A DNA stretch of 64,000 nucleotides from assembly GCF_037042905.1 (NCBI RefSeq), contig NC_087251.1, positions 868,001 to 932,000 on the forward strand. Reading direction: 5' to 3'. Below, one piece after another: positions 42,001 to 54,000 of the stretch (its first letter is position 1; every line of letters starts with the position of its first letter). The DNA is from Lytechinus pictus (taxonomy: Eukaryota). The position numbers and the translations under genes are program-made. Under the pieces are notes generated by a model. The model made no database searches, was not told where the DNA came from, and worked only from the letters and a program-made list of their open reading frames with translations.

Positions 42001-45000
42001 CTAATATGCCAATCAAAGGTACACAAAACTTGAAAAATTGTGATACATTCATGAAAAGATAGTCACTCAAGGTAGGCGATACTGTTAGTAAGTTACAAAT
42101 GACTTACTGTACACATAGCTGTGGACCCTTACTTCTGCTTTATGATGTATCCCAGTGTAGCTGACTTAATATCGAAGGAAATTTTCCAGTTATGCATACT
42201 GCAGTGTTTTACTTTACAAACAACTTTATTTAACACCCATAAGGTTTGCTTAATTTCACTACAGAATCTAAATCACCATTATTTCATATGATTGAAGATT
42301 CTGCATTAATTTTGCTTGCCCTATATGAATTGTCCTATACACGCTCTCAATTGGACCCAAATATTGCCATTCAAAGGTATATATTTTAAATACTACTGAA
42401 ATAGCTTGTGTGAAGGAGGTCTCTGGGTGATGACTGTGCCACTGGCTATCAGGGTTGCGAAGTGTAATGGCTATGTAACAACTGGCATTCCAACAAGTTT
42501 ACATACACAATGCTCGTGAAGTGATATGGGATTAAATTAGGCAATACTACTTCGTGTAAATATGTACACTATTCACCTGATGTAAATGTATTAGCCTCAT
42601 TTTTCCTCTTCCTCCCTTTTCTCTATGTAACTGACATTTTAACTTACTTTTTGAGAACTTTAAACACATATTGAATTCATTTGAAACTATTTTTCTCCCT
42701 GTCCTTTGAAAACAAAAGTGTGCACTTTACTACCCACTTATCTCACTCTAAGTTTCATTAATTGCAGGGACCTGTGATTCCTCCTGCAGTAAATGGTAGA
42801 ATAAAAATGTTCTTTTTCATTCTTTTTTATTAATCTTTTTGAAATAATCTAGCTTAAAAAATAATAATCCGGACAAAACTACAACAAACCTCGCACTGCA
42901 AGAAAACCATTATCAATAATTGTAAGGAAGACTTTACAAAAGAAAAAAAGAAATATCTCTTAGCATTTCAAATCATGGGAGTCACTATAGCAAACCATAT
43001 GACTTTGTATTTGACCTTGATAGCAAACGTTCGTAAATGTAAGTCAAGGGCAGAGTAGATCAAGGCAATGTCATCCAAAATGACGAGAAATATGACAATT
43101 TTCCTAAAAGCGGTTTCTCCCAGAACTGGGTTAAACCTGCTGCTCACCATTATTATTATTTTTTTGTTGTAAAGCCTTCAGTTTGACATCTTTTCCCTCT
43201 CTCCCCCACCCCTCAAACCCTCTGCTTCATTGTTCATATTAATCTGTGGCAATCTAGTTTATAAAATATCATTGGGGGAGATAATTGTACTCATGTGAAA
43301 TATACATACAAATGTACAATCATATAATGTACATAAAAGGGATTACCATTTCCAGGTGAATGTTCAGCATATGTTGGTGCTTCCCTAACAAGGATAACAT
43401 GCAACAGATTTGGCAATAGTACAAGTATGACTGCAACATATCTCACATTCAAAGATTTATATTTAGATAACATCTTGAAACACAAACGTCATTTCCACTG
43501 AAAAGAAATAAATCATGGTTATTTTGGGGGGCCAATCACAATAAATCGACAGTGTGAGAGGGAGCAGTTATAGTCTGTGCTTTCTATCATCTGCAGCTTT
43601 GCTTCACTGCAAGTCAAATAAATTCTTAATCCTTGGAATGTTATTTTCTCTATTTCTCTTGTTGCTCACTTTTCGTGATTTATTTGCATTGCTAGGGTTT
43701 GCGATGAGAAACATCTTGCCAAAAATGGACAGGTGTCGCCAAAAACATGAAGCATAAAACAAGGCAAGTACAGTATAGTAGTGAGTGCAAACACATTTTG
43801 GTCAGTATTGACTTAAACAATAGGAAGATGATATCAAGAAACTATTTGAATTGGAAGTTACTATTCAACTGCATTTCTGACAGATTTTTTTTTTTCACTT
43901 TTTCTTGAAAAGTTGAAAAAGATAAATTGATTAATGAAAATGAATGGATCTTGACAACCTGAAGATAGAGAGGGAGGGGAGGGGGATGAAAGATAGTAAA
44001 ATAGAGTGTAAGATCTACAGTTAGGATTCAAAGTACATTCATCAATACAGTCATAGAATGGAAGAGGAGGGGGGCAGGGGGGTCTCAACTCTATAACTGT
44101 ACAAAATACACAAAATTATGATAAGGGTTAGTTTGCCAGTTACTTATAATTAGAGGTTATGGTATCATAATAGGAGAGAGATAGTTTGGGTATGGGGGTA
44201 CATCTGGAAGAAAGAAACAGGTAAGCTTATCATTTTTACACCAGACAAGATGTATGATAAACACAAAAACAAGAAAATGGTATTCAATTTATTCTTTCAA
44301 ATATCCTTGTGTGGGCCTGTTATCAAAATGAAACTAGATCCTTAAATAAGAATCAATCCTACTTTAGAGTGCCTTCTTGTAATTTCTATGCATTGCTCAA
44401 TGACAACTACCACATCACAATTATAAACATACTCCAAACTACATGCACATTCTTATCATCACTTCCTCCTCCATCACCATGGCAACAATACAAGATAGAG
44501 AAAGGAGACCCTAACAGCTTGAAAGATTTTGCCTTATCATCCGTCTGGAGGTGGATCATGACAAATTACTAGATTTAACTGAATCTAGGTATAAGATACT
44601 TACCAGCCCCATCAATGTTTTGCTGAATTGAGGATCAATGAATGACAATAAACAGAGATATTACGTGCATTTATGGTTTGAACTGAAAAGGGAATGTGAA
44701 GAGACTCAAGTCCTTGTCAATCATCAGTTAGAATCTTCAAGAAAGAGTCTAGACATGGAGACTAAACAGAGGTCCCAACTGAAACTTCCCCACTTTAACC
44801 CATCCAGACCTCAAAATTTAGACTTTCTTCAAGCCTATCAGGGACTGTGTTAAATGACTATACCAACCCAGAATTGATACAGAGTAAGAAATATGAATCT
44901 TATAAACCTTAGTTAATGTAAAGAGAGCTAATATTGAATAGGAAGTTTGAGAGTTCATCCTTCAGATGAGTCATACCAAAAACATATGACGTTTCATGTA

Positions 45001-48000
45001 CCCTTAGCTGGCTGCAGTTTACTTTGCTACTGTAATAAATGTATGATCATGGAGGTATAACAAAGTGAGACTAAATACCCTCAATCTTGTTTTAATTGCT
45101 TTTATTTTATATATCTATGGTCCGTGTTCTGAAATCTGGCTTAACTGTCTTTAGGCCATTGCCTAACTCTATGCTAAAAATATGGGAAGCCAAACAATTA
45201 AAAATTTTGTTAAAATTGTATGTTTCTTATGTTCACTTTGCTTTTTATCATGCTATAATGGGGAGGATAACTATTTCATTTATCATTTCCATAAGTTCTA
45301 TGATCTGATAAATCAAATCTTGTTAAAGATTTGTGTAACAATTGGCTATCCATAGTTAAACCACACCTTTAGATCAGAGTTTACAAAACCTGAGATCAGA
45401 ATACAGGCCTATGACTCGTTGCAGGTTTTATTTTACAACATACTGCCACTGGACATTTGTTAATACAAAAAAATGAAAGCAAGGATATAATGTAAGCACC
45501 CAATGTTTGTACTTATGCCACATCAGAGGCATCATTTACGTTTAGCTTAATAGCCAAGATATACATGAAGCCTCTATACAGTGCGTATCAAAAAAAAGTT
45601 TACACTTAGAAAAAATCCTGTAAAATTAAACATTTGTAATATCCTGAAGATTTTTTCCACATTTTAACATTGGTACAGATCCATTTAAGCAAATGACGAT
45701 ATAACTGTCGAAAAATATTTCCGCTTGAGTGAGCACCACTTACTTTTGAAAAGTTAGTGAAAAATTATTTGCGCAGAACTTTGAAATAGTTATGCGAATA
45801 AAAGTAGACCTTAATCCTGAAGAACACGTGGAATATAGCTAGTAAAATTGATTTGAAGATATCTTTTACATTTTAAAAACTTGTTTCCTTGCCCAAAACA
45901 CTTCGAAGAGTGCATTGCGCCCAACCCCACCCCCAACACACCGAGGCCATCGTGACGATATTTGCTTTACACTGAGCTATGATTTACATGAAATGGCTTA
46001 GGCTTGATTTTCATTTTGTTAGTCATTGTCCAGCTTGGAAAAAGTGTAGAGAAACAAGTATTAAATGAAAAATGAAATGTAAACCCATTTTAAATGATAA
46101 AAACTTAGTGAAAAATGCTGGAGATGTCTGATATAAACTTTTGTTCAGATTCAGTTATGTCATCAGATCAAGCTGGCACAAAAAGGGTAAAGGTTGTGCT
46201 GACTAAGTGTTGAAAATTTCAATTTGGGTGGCAAAATTGTTACAAAATGCTTGAATGTATCCGTTTTTATTTCAATTGACTAAAAGTGCAAGGGAAATGT
46301 ATGAGAAATGTTTCGCAGGATAAGTTTGATTACGCCCTTTCCCCTTGACACAGACGTGAAAACAAGCAATTCTGCGCAAACAGATTTATGCAAGCTTTAC
46401 AAAAATGGAGAGTACTCACTCAAGTGTAACATTCTATCAAAACTTTTACTTTCCTTGGATAGATGAGACCCAAACCCAAGATTATATGTGAAAAAAATAC
46501 CCACATGTTGTATATTTTTTAATTCCAAGGGCTTTTTCAAAGTGTAAACTTTTTTTTGATACGCACTGTATAGGCTACTCCTAGCCAGGAACTTTGTATA
46601 GGCCTACTTGTAGTATGAAGAATGGTAAATAAACCCTTAGAATTTTATCATGAATATAACATAATGCAATAGCTGGAAAAACTTGTTATTTTATGAATAG
46701 ATCCATACTTTTCATTACAGCTTTACATCATTTCATGTGACATGTAGGCCTAATGATGAATGTAAAATGAAAAGCTTTGGTATATATCTCTGATATAAAT
46801 AGGACCAAACTTTTTCCTAAATATATCTTTAGACATTTTTTTTAGACAGTTTACAAGAGAAGATGCCAGAATGAAAAACATTTACAGATTCTCTTTGAAA
46901 CTTGACAAGATAGTAAATTTTCAAGATGAATGTCAAGAGAAGCAGGTGGAGAGATATGATGACTTACGAGAGTCATTCTCTCCCGCCAAACTTTGCTAAT
47001 CGGCTCGTTGAGTGATCTCTCATACCAGTCTTTCTTACTTTGAAAGCAGGCAAACAAATTCTATATACAGATTCCACTCATTGTCACATCAATTTTCACA
47101 AAAGTAATGCTGATCTTTAAGGAGGGAAGCATGAAGAGAGAAAGACAGAGAAAAATAGTACATACAGATTGACAGACAAAGACAATGAGAGAGAAAGAGA
47201 GAGAGGGGGAGATGTGGGGGTAAGAGAATCTATAAAATAATTTTGAATAAAAAATTTTCATCTTACATTGTCAAAGTAATTTGATTTAAAGTATAACATA
47301 ACAAGTGCTAAGATTTGCAATCTGTCAAAAACTTGATCTATTCTCCAAACAATTCATACACAGATGTATATTGGTTTAAAAAATACATACTAGGCTAGCA
47401 TTAAAAAACAAATTCATCTCTATGTACTCTGTTTACACAACTTATTTTTTTTCATTTTCAACTAATGTATTCTAATCTTCTACACATAATTCCTTTCAGA
47501 ACCCTTTCATCACTTTTTATACATACATATGTATAAAAAAATCTTGCAAGCTCAAATCATATCTATTCCACCCAAGTGCTAAATCTTCTTGCTCTGACCA
47601 TGGACCTAGGGTCCATGCTCTGACTTTCTGCAATGCATCTTCTTTTGTCCACCTCATTTTCCTCTTACATTTACCCTCTTAAAATCTTCCAATCTTTAGA
47701 GTGTTTTCATGCAAGAGTACACATTACTTACTTATCATATACTCAGTTGTGGTAAGACACACAAACTGAATTATAACAGCATCCAACAATATCTATGTAC
47801 TGTATATATAGTATTTATGCTATGAAATACATCATAGAGAGAAGAGTAATTATTCAGTAATTAGCAAATTAAGAAGGCTTCCTATCCCTTGCAAAGTTTA
47901 TTCAACTTTGTGAATTCATGTAACTATGTATTCATTATTTCATGTTGGGTGTATCTTACTAACAAATTTGATTCTAAGCTTGACCCCAACTGTCTACTTT

Positions 48001-51000
48001 AAAATACTGAAATAAACATTTTAACTTGCAATTGACTGGAACCATTTGCCATACATTTACACAAACCTTGAACTCGTCAATGCAACATTGGTGTGTTAGT
48101 CATAAGATCAGCCTAGAATTGGTCTCGATTATATGACTATATACAAGTATGGATCTCTCAAACCTAACTACTATAATCTTGCAAGGTGTTCTCGTGTGAA
48201 AGACCCCAATGAGAGGCATGGTCTTGTTGACAGAGCGAGACATGATTGGAGTCAATATTAGTTTAGGTGAGAATAGTTCCAGATAGGGATGGACTGATTT
48301 ATCATGCCAACATACCAAGGGAAGGATATCGATGATGTATTTGTTGAGGACTTCCTGTACCATCATCTTATCAAGTGGAGTAGAAAGTCAAGATAGATAA
48401 CCTAAATCTCATCTAGGGGCGTGTTCAATCAGTCTTTCTTTGGCTACAATCACAAACATGAATGACAAATCAAAACCACAAACATAGATCATGGTAACTT
48501 CAAGAGTATTCAATCATTTTTTCTTCAATATTTGTTTTCTCTTGAATCTTTTCCATCCAACCTACTGAGCATCACATATCATCGAGTTTGACCTAGGAAA
48601 TAAAGGTCAACTTGGAGTATACTCAATCCATGTAAAAAGCAGCCTAAAGTAGAATCATGATTGACATCTCTATTGTATTTGATTCATTTTAATGAACTCA
48701 ATTCTGCAGGGACTCTTTTCAAATTGTAGCAATTTCAACATTTCATATTTGTGTTTTGTAAGACGTTTTTACTCCTGTGGTTTGTACAATACTTCTTTTA
48801 AAACCTGTTTTTAAGGTAAATTTAAAAAAAAAAGAGTTGAATGAAGACAATCTCAGACAAACTCCCATCATTTAAAATAAAATAAATTGTCAATAGTGGC
48901 ATACATACATAATTAACCCATCTTTCATAACTTAAGGATTATTCTGATCTAATAATGCTTTCTAATTCCTCTCACTTGTGTTTTAAAAAGTGTAGATAAA
49001 ATATATTGTATAATACTTCTGAGAGTCAAAAGGGGCCTAAGCTTTCGATCCTAGCAGAATCTTCGTCGGAGGCAAAATGACAAAATAATACTTCTGATAT
49101 TTTTTTTCAGCAAAAGCATCATCCAGCAATGTCAAAGGTAACAAAATATCTTGCATGACATTTACAACAAATTTTCCCTTTCTCATCAAATATCAGTTTT
49201 TTAATGCCTTGTACAATCATCATAACAATTATTAACAAATATAATAATATTCTGAAACCGACTATAATGTCGAATTGTCATTTTAATTGAAAGATATTTG
49301 TGTGACATTAAATCTTATATTGTGCTCATTTATCATGACTTCTGAATTTTAGTTGACTTCTCAACTGGGTATGAACAGCTATGGTAAATAAGATGTCTGC
49401 ATGCAATCCAATAGCAATTCCATCCATCCTCTGTGTAAATTACAAACCAGAATTTCTAACAGTTCATGTCATGTCCAAGAAGCTATATAAGGCGACTAGG
49501 GAAACTTAGCTATTTCAAACTCTAATTTTCTGTGTGTGTATTCATCTAGATTTCATGAATATCTAGTTTTCTTTTAAAGTTTTTTTGCCAAAATCAAGAA
49601 ACTGTACATTCAATCATTGGGGAAATCAAGTGTAGTAAGACGGCTTGTTTGAAATGCAAATGTTATGCAACATGTAAACCTCCTTTGTTTATTATTCACC
49701 ATGCTCGATTAGAGAATATAACTTACCTCTGGAAATTTTAAAGACAAAATATTCCCATTAAATACTTATAGAAGAAAATTCTTAGCCTGTTAAACATATT
49801 CATATACCCTATCAATATTTCAAGAAAGAAAGATGAGATCTACAAAAAAAAGTGACACACTGAGTCATTGCATCTTCATGACAGCAAAGGTTTCACTGAA
49901 ATAATTCAAGATGATAAAATGATATGTCATTACATCAATCCCTGGGTTGAGTATCAATTAAAATAAAAACTAACATTAAAGCATCATCCCAATCACCTGA
50001 CCAGACAAAATGTGAGGAACAAAGTTAGACACTGCTGGGACTTATTTCTATTGCTATTCCATTTCACTTCTTTCTAAAACAATAACTGAAACACCCACTC
50101 AAATGCCCTTTATATGTTATGACATAAATCATGCAGATAACAAAGAAAATAGAACAATAAAAGATGGTATCAATATTTCCTGATTCTTTTCCAGTTACAG
50201 GCTTGACTCTTGGTAATAGAGTAGGAGTCTAAGGAAATAAAAAAAAGGAACTCTCTATTGAATAACTAGAAACCAGGTTCATGACCTCTGAATGCCGACA
50301 TGATGCTGAAATCTCAAGAGCTGGAGTCCACCTGCCGCTTGAAGTTTTCCAGACAAGCGCAGTGTCACAACCTGGTATCAACCCACCAACAGAGGGGGCC
50401 ATTCTCACTTTGGCATTGAGTTCCTTCTTGGAACATCTAAGTCCACATTATACAGATTCTGGCTTGCACACAATGCATACCCTTTATCCACTCCAACAGT
50501 TATAAGATTAAAATCAGAAAAGGGGTTTCACATTCCTCACCAATTAGGTTTACATAACAAGTGGAACGCCTCTGGCAGTCTCGCCTGCATTACGCAATTT
50601 AATATAGCAGCAGTGCTAACTTTGAAAACTACTATAAAATAATCATTCACAAAAACATCATTCATATAATGACATAATACCACGTTCATTGACCATAAAT
50701 GACATTTGAACAGAGACTTAAGACTGTCAACTACACCCATGTCCACATTTCATTCACTCTATCCATAAACTTTCAAAGTTATGATGGCACTTCAACAATT
50801 ACCCCAACATGGCCTAAGTTTATTGACCTTAACTGACCTTTGACTTGGTTTTGTGACCTGAAACTCACAGGGGATGTTCAGTGATGCTTGATTACTCTTA
50901 TATCCCAAGTTTTATGAACTAGATCCATAAACTTTCACAGTTAGGATGGTAATTCAACAAATACCCCCAACACGGCCAAAGTTCATTGACCTTTAATGAC

Positions 51001-54000
51001 ATTTGACCATGGTCATGTGACCTGAAACTCTTACAGGATGTTCAGTGATACTTGATTACTCTTATGTCCAAGTTTTATGAACTAGATCCATAAACTTTCA
51101 GAGCTAGAATGGTAATTTAACATATACCCCAAACACGGCCAAAGGTTCATTGACCTTAAATGACCATTGACCATGGTCATGTGACCTGAAACTCGCACAG
51201 GATATTAAGTGGTACTTGATTAACCTAATGTCCAAGTTTCATGAACTAAATCCATAAATTTTCAAAGTTATGATGGTAATTCAACAAATACCCCCAACTT
51301 GGCCAAAGTTCATTGACCCTAAATGACCTTTGACCTTGGTCATGTGACCTGAAACTCAGGCAGGATGTTCACTAATACTTGATTAACCTTATGTCCAAGT
51401 TTCATGGACTAGATCCATACATTTTCAAAGTTATGATAGTAATTCAACAAATACCCCGAACTTGACCAAAGTTCATTGACCCTAAATGACCTTTGACCTT
51501 GGTCACGTGACCTGAAACTCGACCAGGATGTTCACTAATACTTGATTAACCTTATGCCCAAGTTTCATGAACTAGGTCCATAAACTTTCTAAGTTATGAC
51601 GTCATTTCAAAAACTTAACCTTCGGTTAAGATTTTGAAAATAATTTTCCCAACATGGTCTAAGTTCATTGACCCTAAATGACCTTTGACCTTGGTCATGT
51701 GACCTGAAACTCAGGCAGGATGTTCAGTAATACTTGATCAACCTTATGTCCAAGTTTCATGAACTAGGTCCATACACTTTCTAAGTTATGATGTCATTTC
51801 AAAAACTTAACCTTAGGTTAAGATTTGATGTTGACGCCGCCGCCGCCGCCGTCGGAAAAGCGGCGTCTATAGTCTCGCTCTGCTATGCAGGCGAGACAAA
51901 AACCAAAGGAATAATCATCAGACCTAATGCTTACACAATTGCCTGTGGTTGTTATGAATTGATCTATATTGGACAATTTTTTTTTGGGGGGGGGGGGGCA
52001 TAGATAGCTCAGGCAACGTTCTCGCTACCATGCGTCACGGTGGGCAGGCGCCGACTACCCTGAAAGTTTTCAGGGCAAAGCCGCCAACCGTGAATTTCCC
52101 CGACAAACGTGGCCAACAACTGTAAAACAGGCCTAGATCTACACCAAAAACTGAATATGTAAAAAAAACCAAAAAAACAATTTGCTTTTCAGATCCTAAA
52201 ATAAACTTGTCGATTATTTCGTCCACGATATCTTCCCAGGATTTCTTTGACTCACTCTACCCTATACCACTCAAGGGTTCATTACATGCCGCCACGCACA
52301 GAAAAATCAAGCCATAGAAGTAGTGTATTGTGGACACCAGAAGCGGGATCGCAGCACGCGCGACCCACTAGTTAGAAATCCACTGCCAAACGCGGTTCAT
52401 GGTGCGAGGTTAGTATACTAATACTAACCTCGCAATACGTGTGAGTGACCCTATACAATACGACCTCCACTCGAGGCCCAAGACTCTTTCTCAAGCGCGA
52501 AGATGTTTACCCCGCATTGCTCACATTATTTACGTCTTAAATATTTAAAAAAATAAAGTGAGGAGAGAGGGGTACCCTCGGTTACTGGGTTGAGCAATGT
52601 AATTCAGATGTTACAAATTTCAGTTGATATTGTCACTTATTTTGTCATAAGTAAAGAGTGTCCAAAATCATATCAAAATTCGATCGAAATTTAATTTCAT
52701 CCAGTCAGTCCCAGCCTTAGGACCGGGGTACATGAATGCTTTTCCGATGACACTGCCGGAGCTCGGAGGGGCCTAATCAAAGATCACGTTAATAATGAAA
52801 AAGCCAAAGGAATGGATTGATATAATATCCAACTCATTTACTTACAGCAAAATGATTTATTAACATTTGATGATATATGAAATGAGTTAGAATGTGTGGA
52901 ATTACGAGACGCCCTATTAAAAGCCGATGGCACGTGATCGAATTAGTATTCACTTTCTGGGTTGAGCCAATTATTGTGCTTGAAAACAGGTTTCCCCGAA
53001 TTCCCGCAATTGGAATGTGTGCCACGTGCGTGACCTGTTAATCTGTTGTTTGAGTGCTAATCAGCTGATTTCGTGACCTCAAATATTCTTCATGTTGTTT
53101 ACGCTGGGTGGGGGCTATAAAATTAAGAAAATCTTTCTGACTTTTTTTTTCTTCATTAAAAAAAAATCTGTTTGTGCATTTCTGTAACTTTAAAACTGCA
53201 CCTATGGTTATATTGTGTTGCAATTTATTGAATCACACACCTCTTCCCACTCATGGTGCAAGAAAACACTTTTAAATTTAAAATCGCCATAGTATACATG
53301 TAAAGTAAGATGATTCAGCCGTCATCATCATCAGTAGTGTAGATACGTCTATAAATGTGTATTCTCTTCGAATGTTGACTTCTTCACCAATCCCACACAC
53401 ACGATCTCAAAATCCCCTTTTCACTGTCCACGATCCCCTCCCTTTTCGCTCTCTCCCTTCGACCATCCTATAACCCCCCCCTCTTTCTCTCTCTTTCACA
53501 CACGCTGTAATTGTACATAGTGTATTATGTAAAAATAGAAATCTGCTTTCCTGTCAATTAAGCTATCCTTTCAAAACAAATTTTAGATCGTGATTATTTA
53601 TTATTTTATAACAACAAAATCGTAATATTAAAGTATTCATTATGAATGACTAAAAATATTTCTCATGCTCATGGTGAGCACATTCATTATCTTAAATGAA
53701 CATAGCAATAACTGATAGTGAGAAACAAATCTTCATTGGATATTATTAGTATAAAAATCATCAACAGAAGTCTTATGAGAGTTATAGTTTCAGTGAGTAT
53801 CTGAAAAAAACATGCAAATTATAGAAGTTGGGGACCCCGTCTCATGATACCGATGCCCAGTATTTTGAAGCCTAGGAACTTCCGAGGCTTCGATAAAGTC
53901 GGAACAATCTTTGGATTTTGATAAGGGCATGGTGCAGCGCAAGGGGCTACGCATGCGGTCCGTTGATGTAGTCGGTCATTGACATAAGAAGCAACAAGCA

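Noticed and set aside
48100..48366. 88-aa ORF as a nested gene
   Set aside because: No recognisable homology or convincing splice context; the length is compatible with chance.
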